Both the position numbers and the translations under genes were made by a program. A DNA stretch of 61,957 bases, counting the filler. It is 7 parts of 7 records of this genome, joined end to end, with 100 filler letters (N's around TTAATTAATTAA, not from the genome) between each part and the next. Parts side by side here need not be neighbours in the genome. Positions count along the whole stretch, not along the records: positions 1 to 5,608 come from DRR723986_18893; positions 5,709 to 17,345 come from DRR723986_18908; 5 more parts are not named here. One strand, written 5' to 3'. The notes below the pieces were generated by a model. The model had not been told where the DNA came from. It did no database searches and saw only the letters and a list, made by a program, of their open reading frames with translations. This document shows, in pieces, positions 1 through 8,894 of this stretch (positions are counted from its first letter, which is position 1; every line of letters begins with the position of its first letter).

Positions 1-2
1 CC

Positions 3-1019
3 CCGGCGTCCCCGGACGATATTGCCGAAAAAGAGCCGGAACCAGCAGCACCCGTGCCCGCAGAGAGTTTCACACTGCTGGGCAAGGAAATTCTACCCGG
101 CACTGCGACACGACTGGCCTGGTCGCCAGGCATTCAGATTGCCGGGTTGTCCCAGATTACCCCGGTACTGGTGGTCAATGGCGTTAACCAGGGCCCGACC
201 CTGTGCCTGACCGGCGCGGTTCATGGTGACGAGCTCAACGGCATCGAGATTGTCCGTCGCAGCATGTACGACCTGAACCCGGAAAAACTCAGTGGCAGGG
301 TTATCGGCGTGCCCATCGTGAACCTCACCGGCTTTCAGCAGGGCAGCCGCTATCTGCCGGATCGTCGCGACCTGAACCGGCATTTCCCCGGCACCCCGGA
401 CGGCACACTGGCCGACCGCGTTGCCCATTCCCTGTTTAACAACGTTATCCGGCACTGCGACATGCTGGTGGATATTCACACCGGGTCACTCAAGCGCACC
501 AACCTGCCGCAACTCCGGGCCGACATGAACAATCCGGCTGTCGCCGAATTCACCCGGGGCTTTGACCGGATGGCCGTGGTTCACAGTTCCGGGTCACCCG
601 GCATGTTGCGTACCGCGGCTACCGAAGCAGGAATCCGCACCGTGACACTGGAGGCCGGGGAATCCCTGCGCATCCAGGAACACCAGATCGAAGCGGGCGT
701 AAACAGCCTCAATAGTCTGATGGAAAAGCACGGCATGATTTCCCGCATGTTTGTCTGGGGCGATCCGGAGCCGGTGTATTACGACTCTACCTGGATCCGG
801 GCCCAGCATGGCGGCATCCTGTTCAGCGAAATCAAGCTGGGAGCGACGGTATCCGAGGGCGAGGTACTGGGTTATGTCGCCGATCCAATCACCAACGAAC
901 AGCATCCGATTCGCGCTTCCTCGGACGGCCGGGTCATCGGCATGGCGGTGGATCAGGTGGTGATGGCAGGGTTTGCCGCCTACCACATAGGTACGGAGGC
1001 ACAAGTACCCGGAGAGTAG
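3..1019 (+). CDS. Succinylglutamate desuccinylase/aspartoacylase (M14-like) family protein, 5'-truncated
   Basis: Frame open from nt 3. Zn motifs GAVHGDELNG, DLNRHFPG, DIHTG and TLEAGE, plus a C-terminal biotinyl-lipoyl-like segment. Confidence 0.85.
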   Translation, partial: PASPDDIAEKEPEPAAPVPAESFTLLGKEILPGTATRLAWSPGIQIAGLSQITPVLVVNGVNQGPTLCLTGAVHGDELNGIEIVRRSMYDLNPEKLSGRVIGVPIVNLTGFQQGSRYLPDRRDLNRHFPGTPDGTLADRVAHSLFNNVIRHCDMLVDIHTGSLKRTNLPQLRADMNNPAVAEFTRGFDRMAVVHSSGSPGMLRTAATEAGIRTVTLEAGESLRIQEHQIEAGVNSLNSLMEKHGMISRMFVWGDPEPVYYDSTWIRAQHGGILFSEIKLGATVSEGEVLGYVADPITNEQHPIRASSDGRVIGMAVDQVVMAGFAAYHIGTEAQVPGE

Positions 1020-1036
1020 TATGCTAGGCGTTTTCC

Positions 1037-2032
1037 ATGGGCACGGAACCAGCAGGAGACGGAGTGTCTGACCTGAACGCCACAACGCAAAACTCCGGGC
1101 AGACCCTGGCCTACATCGGTCTGGTGCTGACACCGCTGTTCTGGGCCGGCAACGCCGTGGTGGCCCGGGGCACGGTCGAGCACATTCCGCCATTGTCCAT
1201 GTCATTCTGGCGCTGGGTACTGGCCCTGGCCATTCTCCTGCCGTTCGGCTTACCCGGTATCTGGCGCCACCGGCAGGTGATTCGTCAGCGCCTCGGGTCC
1301 ATGATTGCACTGGCCACCTTCAGCGTTGCCGCCTTCAATTCCCTGCTCTATGTCGCGGCCATGACCACGACAGCCACCAACATCGCGCTGATCAACGCCA
1401 CTATCCCAATTTTTGTCGCACTGCTGGCCTGGCTGTTGTTGGGTGACCGGACCCGTCCGATTCAGATACTGGGCATTGCCATGGCCCTGGCCGGCATTCT
1501 GTGCGTGATTGCCCGCGGCGATGTATCGGTGCTGACCGACCTGCAGGCCCAGCCCGGCGATCTGGTGATGGTGGCTGCGGTGTTCAGCTGGGGCCTGTTC
1601 TCGGTGCTGCTGCGCCGGCAAGCGGTGCCACTGCCGGCACTGACCTTCCTCACCACGCAGATCCTGCTGGGCACCCTGATTCTCGCGCCAGTCTACCTGG
1701 TCGATTTTCTGTTCTTCAGCGGCGGCTTTGCCCTGTCACAAAGTACCGCCCTTCCTCTGATCTATTTTGCGATTTTTCCGGGCATTCTCGCCTACGCCTT
1801 CTGGAATCATGGCGTACACAGCATTGGCCCTGCCCGGGCTGCCATTTTCATGTACCTTACGCCGGTTTATGCCTCTGTGCTGGCGGTGGTTTTCCTCAGG
1901 GAAAGCCTCAGCCTGTTTCATCTGGTGGGTGGACTGCTGATACTCGGAGGCCTGATACTGGCGACCCGAACCGGCCGGCGTCTGTCCCGCCCGCCTGTCA
2001 CTAGACTGGATAAAGGAGAGCCGAATGACTAG
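1037..2032 (+). CDS. DMT/EamA family transporter
   Basis: About 10 hydrophobic helices in two EamA-like repeats (FWAGNAVVAR, SFWRW, LINATIP, GPARAAIFMYLTP). True start may be the GTG near 1064. Confidence 0.85.
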   Translation: MGTEPAGDGVSDLNATTQNSGQTLAYIGLVLTPLFWAGNAVVARGTVEHIPPLSMSFWRWVLALAILLPFGLPGIWRHRQVIRQRLGSMIALATFSVAAFNSLLYVAAMTTTATNIALINATIPIFVALLAWLLLGDRTRPIQILGIAMALAGILCVIARGDVSVLTDLQAQPGDLVMVAAVFSWGLFSVLLRRQAVPLPALTFLTTQILLGTLILAPVYLVDFLFFSGGFALSQSTALPLIYFAIFPGILAYAFWNHGVHSIGPARAAIFMYLTPVYASVLAVVFLRESLSLFHLVGGLLILGGLILATRTGRRLSRPPVTRLDKGEPND

Positions 2033-2582
2033 GCAAATCGCCTCTGCATATTCCTGGCCGGCCATCATTACCCTGATGCTGGCCGCTCTTTCCCTGAACG
2101 TCGCGGCAGCCCCCTGCGACCCGGATGAGTCCAAATGGGCGCCATCCCGCTACTACCCGGCCGGAGCGGTGGTGCACCATGACGGAAAGTGGTACCAGTC
2201 CCGGGAGCTACACCAGGGCCTGGAACCGGGCATTACCTTCGACTGGAAACAGCTCGATGCTGCACCCGAATGCTCCGGCGAGGCAGCGCCCCCGGCCCCG
2301 ATCGACAAGTCCGATGTAGAAACCGGGCAAACAGCGCAGACAGGCACAGTCACTGGCAGCCCGGATTCACCAGCCTCGGAATCGCCCAGTGACAACGAAC
2401 TGTGCGAGCAGCCCGACCAGTGGCTGTTCTCAGAGCGCTACACCGTGGGCAGCGAAGCCAGCCATGGTGGCAAGACCTGGAAGGCGATCCGCCCGACCAG
2501 CGGCGATATGCCCGGGATGAATACGCCGCCGCGATGGCAATTGGTTGAAGATCACTGCTCCCTGGAAAATCAGCTGCCCTGA
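2025..2582 (+). CDS. Secreted protein with two CBM5/12 (ChiC-BD-like) carbohydrate-binding modules
   Basis: Signal peptide, then two repeats W-x4-Y-x2-G-x2-(V/A)-x-H-x-GK-x-(Y/W) (WAPSRYYPAGAVVHHDGKWY; WLFSERYTVGSEASHGGKTW) joined by a Pro/Ser/Thr linker. Confidence 0.7.
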   Translation: MTRQIASAYSWPAIITLMLAALSLNVAAAPCDPDESKWAPSRYYPAGAVVHHDGKWYQSRELHQGLEPGITFDWKQLDAAPECSGEAAPPAPIDKSDVETGQTAQTGTVTGSPDSPASESPSDNELCEQPDQWLFSERYTVGSEASHGGKTWKAIRPTSGDMPGMNTPPRWQLVEDHCSLENQLP

Positions 2583-3751
2583 AGGGCTGCCTCAATACGG
2601 TCGAGAATCTGCGCCAGTACCGCTCTCGGGCAGCCGATGTTCAGCCGCATGAAACCGCTGCCCTGGCTGCCGAAACTGAGTCCCGGATTGAGGCCAACCC
2701 CCGCCTGTTGCACGAAAAAGCGTTTCAGGGCGGTGTCGTCCAGCTTCAGGCCCCGGCAATCGAGCCAGATCAGGTAGGTGCCTTCCGGCGCGGAGGTGCG
2801 GATGCCCGTGAGTCGGCGGTCAACCTCCTGCACCACGAAATCGCGATTGCCCTTCAGATAGGCCATCAGATCATCCCGCCAGGGACCACCATGGCGATAG
2901 CCTGCCTCGAACCCGGCGATGCTGAACGGGTTACACTGCGGCAGGTGCAGCCGTTCGAACACCGTTTTCATGGCCTTGCGGCGCTCCGGATCCGGAATCA
3001 CCAGGGCCGACAGGCCCAGCCCCGGCATATTGAAGGTCTTGCTCGGCGCAACCGCGGTTATCAGCGCATCATCCCCTTCGGCCAGGGTCGCCAACACCCG
3101 ATGAGCGGGCTTGTCTGGATAGGTAAGATCGCAGTGAATTTCGTCCGACAGCACCACCAGGCCATGACGGCGCGCGATGTCCAGCACCTGAACCAGTTCC
3201 GCCTCGCGCCAGACCCGTCCCACCGGATTATGGGGTGAACACAGCAGCAATACCTTGGCCTCCGGCCGGGCGGCGCATTGCTCCAAATGCTCCAGATCCA
3301 TGCGGTAGTCACCGGTTTCGTCTGCCATCAAAGGATTTTCAATCACGGTCCGGCCGGTATCCCTGACCGAGCTGAAAAACGGCGGGTACACCGGCGGCTG
3401 GATAATCACGCTCTCTCCGGGTTTGGCAAAGGCCAGGCAGGCCGCGTTGAGGGACGGCACCACCCCGGGCGCCATGACAATCCAGTCTCGCTGGATGCTC
3501 CAGCCATGACGGCTTTCAAACCACTGGATCATGGCCTCATAAAGGCTGTCCGGGAACAGGGTATAGCCATATACCGGATGCTGCGCCCGCTCGGTCAGCG
3601 CACGGGTGACCGCTTCCGGGGCCGGGAAGTCCATATCGGCGACCCACGCCGGTATCACATCGTCACAGCCGAATACCGCCTTGCGGGCATCAAACTTTAC
3701 CGAACAGGTGTGCTCTCTGGCGATGGGCTGATCGAAAACGCTGCCATTCAT
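2570..3751 (-). CDS. MalY/PatB family PLP-dependent C-S lyase/aminotransferase
   Basis: WVADMDF, LCSPHNPVGRVW, SDEIHCDL, PSKTFN (PLP Lys) and GFMRLNIGCP. ATG at 3751. Confidence 0.9.
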   Translation of the reverse strand: MNGSVFDQPIAREHTCSVKFDARKAVFGCDDVIPAWVADMDFPAPEAVTRALTERAQHPVYGYTLFPDSLYEAMIQWFESRHGWSIQRDWIVMAPGVVPSLNAACLAFAKPGESVIIQPPVYPPFFSSVRDTGRTVIENPLMADETGDYRMDLEHLEQCAARPEAKVLLLCSPHNPVGRVWREAELVQVLDIARRHGLVVLSDEIHCDLTYPDKPAHRVLATLAEGDDALITAVAPSKTFNMPGLGLSALVIPDPERRKAMKTVFERLHLPQCNPFSIAGFEAGYRHGGPWRDDLMAYLKGNRDFVVQEVDRRLTGIRTSAPEGTYLIWLDCRGLKLDDTALKRFFVQQAGVGLNPGLSFGSQGSGFMRLNIGCPRAVLAQILDRIEAALQGS

Positions 3752-3937
3752 GGGGGCTCCGCTTGCTGTCTCCGTGAAAACGCTATTGTGGTGGCCCTGT
3801 GCCGCCGTCGCAACCGACGCTTTGGCTCCGGCTTTGGTCGAAGAGCCATGAATTTCGCTTGCCCAATCCACCCGATGCTTGCGAACCTAACGGATTAGTC
3901 ACCTGCGTTGACCAAAAACAATAATCGGAGCCCTTCC

Positions 3938-4825
3938 ATGATTGGCCAGATTCTTTCCACCATGCTGCCGGTATTCCTGATTGCCGGCTGCGGCGCCTTG
4001 TACGGGCGTTATCGCACACCGGATATTCAGGGCCTGAACGTGCTCAACATGGAACTGTTCGTACCCATGCTGGTGTTTGCGGTACTGGCAGACCAGCAGG
4101 CGCCCTTGCAGGAATACGGTTGGCTGGCGCTGGCCGCCACGGTGGTGGTTCTGGGGTCCGGTGTGATTCTGTATCCGGTGGCCAGGCTGCTGAAGCTGAA
4201 CCTGAAAACCTTCCTGCCACCGATGATGTTCAACAACTCCGGCAACATGGGGATTCCGATTCTGGTGCTGGCATTCGGGGATGCGGCGCTGCCTGCGGCC
4301 ATTGTGCTGTTCATCGTGGAAATGCTGCTGCACTTCTCGGTAGGCCTGTACATGCTGGACCCCCACACCTCCATAATCCGCCGGCTGCGGTTGCCCATCG
4401 TTTTCGCCAGCATCGCCGGCCTGGCGGTGAATCTCAGTGGTATCCCGCTGCCGGGTTGGCTGCTGGAAACCCTGAACATGCTTGGCGGTGTGTGCATTCC
4501 ACTGATGCTGTTTGCCCTGGGCGTCCGCATGCTGGATGTCGATTTCAGCGACTGGAAACTGGGGCTGATCGGCGCCATCGCCTGCCCACTCTCGGGGCTG
4601 ATCCTGGCCTGGCCGATGATCGCCCTGCTGGATCTGCCGGGGCTTCAGGTTGCCAGCCTTTGGGTCTTTGCCGCCCTGCCACCGGCCGTACTGAATTACA
4701 TGGTGGCCGAACAGTATCAGCAGGAACCCCACGCTGTGGCCTCCCTGGTGCTGCTGAGCAACCTGGGCAGTCTGGTGGTAATGCCCATTGTGCTGGGCTT
4801 GGTATTCGCGGCGGGCTACGTGTAA
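3938..4825 (+). CDS. AEC (auxin efflux carrier-like) family transporter
   Basis: FNNSGNMGIP, IPLMLFALG and LPPAVLNY motifs with about 10 TM helices. Confidence 0.85.
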   Translation: MIGQILSTMLPVFLIAGCGALYGRYRTPDIQGLNVLNMELFVPMLVFAVLADQQAPLQEYGWLALAATVVVLGSGVILYPVARLLKLNLKTFLPPMMFNNSGNMGIPILVLAFGDAALPAAIVLFIVEMLLHFSVGLYMLDPHTSIIRRLRLPIVFASIAGLAVNLSGIPLPGWLLETLNMLGGVCIPLMLFALGVRMLDVDFSDWKLGLIGAIACPLSGLILAWPMIALLDLPGLQVASLWVFAALPPAVLNYMVAEQYQQEPHAVASLVLLSNLGSLVVMPIVLGLVFAAGYV

Positions 4826-4853
4826 GCTTCTCCGCAATCCGGAGATTTGATCA

Positions 4854-5608
4854 ATGTCAGAAACCCTTGCGGTGGTCCGCGCGTCCCGCCCGAATTTTTT
4901 ACTGCTCGCCCCGTTGTGTGCCGGCCTGGGCCTGGCCGTCGCCTGGCAACAGGGCCAGGCGCCCGAACTTTTACACACCTTTCTGGTTTTCCTTGGCGCC
5001 GTACTTGCCCATGCGGCGGTGAATCTGCTGAACGAATACGACGATTTTCGCTCCGGCCTCGACATGATCACCGAGCGCACCCCGTTCTCCGGTGGCAGCG
5101 GCGCCCTGCCCGAGGTGCCGTCTGCAGCCCGGCGCGTGCTCTGGGCAGGTCTGGGCACACTCGCGCTGGTGGTGGCCATCGGTCTGTATTTTCTCTGGCT
5201 GCGGGGTCTGCCGCTGCTGGTGCTCGGGGCGGCCGGTGTGATGCTGGTGCTCACCTATACCCGCTGGATTACCCGCTCGCCGCTGCTGTGCCTGCTGGCA
5301 CCGGGCATGGGGTTTGGTCCCATCATGGTGCTGGGCACCGTTATCGCGCTTGGGGCAAGCATCGATACCACCGCCCTGCTGGCGTCTCTGGTAGCCCTGT
5401 TGATGGTCAGTGAGCTGTTGCTGATCAACCAGATACCGGATGCAGAGGCCGATCGAGCGATTGGCCGGCGCCATCTGGTGATTACCCTTGGCCCCGAAAA
5501 AGCCGCCCACCTGGTGGCTGGCCTGTTGCTAGCCAGCTATGGTGTCATCGTTGCCGGTGTGGTCAGTGGCTATCTGACAATGACCAGCCTTATCGCCCTG
5601 GCACCCTT
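4854..5608 (+). CDS. UbiA/MenA-like prenyltransferase, 3'-truncated
   Basis: Asp-rich motifs NLLNEYDDFRSGLD and NQIPDAEAD, plus TPFSGGSG. Runs into the spacer. Confidence 0.8.
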
Positions 5609-5708
5609 NNNNNNNNNNNNNNNNNNNNNNNNNNNNNNNNNNNNNNNNNNNNTTAATTAATTAANNNNNNNNNNNNNNNNNNNNNNNNNNNNNNNNNNNN
5701 NNNNNNNN
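5609..5708. other. Artificial contig spacer
   Basis: N-run + TTAATTAATTAA (stops in all six frames) + N-run, 100 bp. Confidence 0.98.
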
Positions 5709-5736
5709 AAATTGATATGTATTATGTAGTTTTATT

Positions 5737-5765
5737 ATTGCACAAAATGTCATTGGTATGCGCAA
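5737..5765 (+). promoter_or_regulatory. Candidate AraC/FeaR-type operator half-site upstream of styC
   Basis: ATT-GCAC-AAAA-TGTCA (GCAC at 5740) with a degenerate partner TGCGC 20 bp downstream. Same motif as at 7621 and 8744. Confidence 0.45.
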
Positions 5766-5878
5766 GTGTGCTTCCAGAAGTGTGAAGCATGTTTGAGGGG
5801 AGTACAGCTGGTTACATGATTTTGCGAAATGCCCTCGCAGCACAAGCATAAATTTAAAAAATAGTGGGGAGGCAAGTA

Positions 5879-6361
5879 ATGCCAGATTCATTTCAGAAAA
5901 AAATGCTGGGACATGGAGTTCTCATGATCTTCTCGGCATTGTTGTTTGGCGTGTTTTATTGGATGAGTTTACTGGGTGGGTTCGAAATCATTCCTGGTTA
6001 TATCATTCATTTCGATATGCCGGGGACGCCCGAAGGATGGAAGCGGGCTCATTCCGGGCCAGCACTAAATGGCATGATGGTTATAGCCGTCGCATTGGTG
6101 ATGCCTCATCTGGATTTTACCGCCAAGAAAGCGAAGTTGCTGGGTGGGATCGTGCTTCTGGATGGTTGGGGAAATATCGCGTTCTATTTCTTTGGAAACC
6201 TGAGTGATAACCGAGCGCTAAGCTTTGGCGACAGTTCTCTCGGCGAAGGTGGTTTGTTCAGCTTCTTGGGGCTAGCGCCAGCCTACTTATTTGGTGTACT
6301 GGCGCTTTGGGCGCTGGCCGTTATCGGTCTTGCGGCCTTGAAGCAGGCAAGAGAGAGCTGA
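5879..6361 (+). CDS. styC: Styrene oxide isomerase (heme b membrane epoxide isomerase) homolog
   Basis: GHGVLMIF, GGFEIIPGYI, PEGWKRAHSGPALNGMMVIAVA, LDGWGNIAFYFF and LAPAYLFGVLA match the Pseudomonas StyC sequence as recalled. His58, Asn64 and Tyr103 are in the same register. GGGAGG RBS precedes ATG 5879. Confidence 0.9.
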   Translation: MPDSFQKKMLGHGVLMIFSALLFGVFYWMSLLGGFEIIPGYIIHFDMPGTPEGWKRAHSGPALNGMMVIAVALVMPHLDFTAKKAKLLGGIVLLDGWGNIAFYFFGNLSDNRALSFGDSSLGEGGLFSFLGLAPAYLFGVLALWALAVIGLAALKQARES

Positions 6362-6373
6362 AATATTGTTACG

Positions 6374-6402
6374 ATATCGCGGGAGCTTTGCTCCCCCGAT
6401 AT
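6374..6402 (+). terminator. Stem-loop after styC
   Basis: ATATCG-c-GGGAGC...GCTCCC-c-CGATAT imperfect inverted repeat with no strong U-tract. Confidence 0.35.
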
Positions 6403-6461
6403 GTCTGTTCTAAGTAAAAGTGACCGAAGAATATCCAAAATAACTATTAAAATGGTGTGTT

Positions 6462-7448
6462 ATGAGTGTCATACAGGGGCAAATGGCCGGTGAAACGGCG
6501 CTTTCAACGTTGGGCTGGTTGCCGGCATCTACCCGTCAGGTCGAGTCGTTCAAAGAATGGAAAGACTTCGTTCGAGATAACTTTCCCTGGCTTGAATTTA
6601 GAAATAGAGCATCTGGTCAATTTGATGCAGAAATCTACTCGCAGCAGGTGGGTTGCTCTGGTCTGAGTATGATTCGCACCTCGGCTGGTGAGGTGAAACG
6701 GACGCGTCACCTCGCCGAAATGACCGACAGCGGATCGATAAAGATCATGTGGCAGCTTAGCGGTGGTCTGATGGTAGAGCAAGATGACCGTAGCTGCAGT
6801 CTCTCGCCTGGTCAGGCAACGGTATGCGATAGTGCGAGACCGTATAGAATTCAGATGTCTGACCAGTCTAAATTTGCTGTACTAATGTTGCCTCATGACT
6901 ATTGTGCTGGCTGGGAGCATATTTCAGAGTCGATCTGTGCGACGACCTTATACAAGGGCGCATCGATGCGGTCGGTATTGGGAACATTGATGGCACTTAC
7001 TGCTGCCGATCGAAATGAAGGCGAAGAGGACATCGGCGCGGTATTGGACGCGATCCAGTTGATGGTGACTAAACTATTGTACCGGTCGGCTGAGCAGACC
7101 GGTCTACAGGCTTACAACGATCCCCGCCTCAACAAAGCTCGAGATCATATAATCCGGAATTTAAGCGACAGCAGTTTTGGGCCTGACGATCTGGCGTCAG
7201 CCATGTGCATGTCTCGCAGGTCGCTTTATATGTTGTTCGAGGAAATCGACACGACACCAGTCAAGTTGATTCGTGAACTGCGGTTGGAAACCGCGGTGAG
7301 AGCATTGCTGGATAGTCGCGAAAAAAATAGAAAGATAACTGACATCGCCTTTGACTCGGGATTTGGTGAGTACGCTACGTTCACGCGCTTGTTTAAGACA
7401 CACTACGGAAAAACGCCGAGGGAATTTCGAGAAGATTCTTCAAAATAA
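6462..7448 (+). CDS. AraC-family regulator, FeaR-like (AraC-binding-like N-domain)
   Basis: C-terminal double HTH (LASAMCMSRRSLYMLF; ITDIAFDSGFGEYATFTRLFKTHYGKTPREFR). N-domain has EQDDR...LSPGQATVCDSARPY. Confidence 0.9.
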   Translation: MSVIQGQMAGETALSTLGWLPASTRQVESFKEWKDFVRDNFPWLEFRNRASGQFDAEIYSQQVGCSGLSMIRTSAGEVKRTRHLAEMTDSGSIKIMWQLSGGLMVEQDDRSCSLSPGQATVCDSARPYRIQMSDQSKFAVLMLPHDYCAGWEHISESICATTLYKGASMRSVLGTLMALTAADRNEGEEDIGAVLDAIQLMVTKLLYRSAEQTGLQAYNDPRLNKARDHIIRNLSDSSFGPDDLASAMCMSRRSLYMLFEEIDTTPVKLIRELRLETAVRALLDSREKNRKITDIAFDSGFGEYATFTRLFKTHYGKTPREFREDSSK

Positions 7449-7620
7449 GCGTCAAAGTACTACGATTAACGGGAGGCGTGTCGCGCCTTCCTTTTGGCCT
7501 CCTGCGTTCCGTAATGGCATTGCCCCCAGTCCCTATTCAATCCTTTTCTATCATCCCATTTGTGCCGGCCAAGGAGCAGCCTGACAACACCATAGGCGCC
7601 GTGTTCGCACTTTTCTACCC

Positions 7621-7654
7621 GCACTGATTGACACCCTATTTGCACGAATCGTGG
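7621..7654 (+). promoter_or_regulatory. Candidate AraC-type direct-repeat operator
   Basis: GCAC-TGAT-TGACA (7621) and TTT-GCAC-GAAT-CGTGG (GCAC at 7642), 21-bp period. Confidence 0.5.
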
Positions 7655-7710
7655 AGAACAATCCGCGTGTATGCATGCATTCTGAAAAAAATAACAGGGA
7701 GATAGTCAGG

Positions 7711-8733
7711 ATGAAGAGTCAGAGGGTAGTGCTGAAGGAGCGGCCGCGCTTCCAGGTGCCGACTGAAAAGTGCTTTCGCGTTGAAGAGGCAGATATCAAT
7801 GCGCCTGGGAAGGGCGAGATCTTGATTCAGACCGTATGGCTTGGCATGGACCCGTATCTATTCTCCAGGGTGAAAAAAGTATCTGACCAGGCGAAGCCGA
7901 TTGAGATCGGTGAGGTTATGTATGGAGCTGCTGTTGGAAGAGTCGTCGCTTCAAACCTGGCGGGTTTTTCAGAAGAAGATTATGTCCACGGTTTGTGGGG
8001 ATGGAAGGATTACCACATCAGTGACGGCTCGGACATAAGCAAGATCCCTTCCGGAGTGAGTTCGCCGTCGCATATGCTAGGTGCGCTAGGGGCCGCGGGG
8101 TTTGGGGCCTATTTAGCCAACAGAAACGTACTCAATGTTCAGCCTGGAGATGTGGTGTTCTGCAGTGCAGCTACAGGCGCCCTCGGGCAAATAATTGGCC
8201 AGATAGCAAAACTGAAGGGTGGCGTAGTTGTAGGTACTGCGAGTACGGAGGAGAAATGCCAACTGGCGACTACTTCGATGGGATATGACTATTGTATCGA
8301 GCACTCTAGTCGTGATCTTTCGCAGAGGCTTGAAACTGCGATTCCAGATGGGATTGATGCAATGGTGGTTTCGACAGGCGGGCGAAGTTTCGATGCCGCT
8401 TTTCCGCTAATGAACAAGAACGGCCGTGTCGCTATTTGCGGTTTGATGGCTTTGTATACATCGACGTCAGGTCCGGCGAGAAATGACAATAATATGACGT
8501 TGCTAAACGAGGTTCTGTTGAAGCGTTTACGCATTCAGGGCTCGCTCGTTCTTGATTATCTGAACACGGATATACATAGAGAATTTTTTCAGGAAATGTC
8601 TTCTTGGATTCGGCTTGGCGCTGTCAAGCCTGTAGAGCACATCACTAAAGGGCTGGAGAATGCGCCATCTGCTCTCCGAGAGCTGTTCGAGGGCAAGAAT
8701 GTCGGGAAGTCCATTGTTTCTGTCAGTGATTAG
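7711..8733 (+). CDS. NADP-dependent oxidoreductase, MDR PTGR/CurA (alkenal reductase) family
   Basis: WLGMDPY, SAATGALGQIIGQIAKLKG, GRVAICG and GLENAPSAL...GKNVGK. AGGGAG RBS precedes ATG 7711. Confidence 0.85.
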   Translation: MKSQRVVLKERPRFQVPTEKCFRVEEADINAPGKGEILIQTVWLGMDPYLFSRVKKVSDQAKPIEIGEVMYGAAVGRVVASNLAGFSEEDYVHGLWGWKDYHISDGSDISKIPSGVSSPSHMLGALGAAGFGAYLANRNVLNVQPGDVVFCSAATGALGQIIGQIAKLKGGVVVGTASTEEKCQLATTSMGYDYCIEHSSRDLSQRLETAIPDGIDAMVVSTGGRSFDAAFPLMNKNGRVAICGLMALYTSTSGPARNDNNMTLLNEVLLKRLRIQGSLVLDYLNTDIHREFFQEMSSWIRLGAVKPVEHITKGLENAPSALRELFEGKNVGKSIVSVSD

Positions 8734-8742
8734 TCGGTCAGG

Positions 8743-8805
8743 TGCACATTACGTCACTCTCTTTGCACTGTGAGATAGGCTGGACGTTGGCGCAATACTG
8801 ATAAT
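8743..8805 (+). promoter_or_regulatory. Candidate AraC-activated promoter of the MMPL operon
   Basis: T-GCAC-ATTA-CGTCA (GCAC at 8744) and TTT-GCAC-TGTG-AGATA (GCAC at 8765), 21-bp period. A -10-like AATACT (8794) or GATAAT (8800) follows. Confidence 0.5.
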
Positions 8806-8894
8806 GAAAGTTGAAGATTTCGTTACCTCAAGACTTCTATGGTCTGCCAGGCCGGGGTCGAGGTAAAAAAATAACCATACGAAGTAGTATTGAT

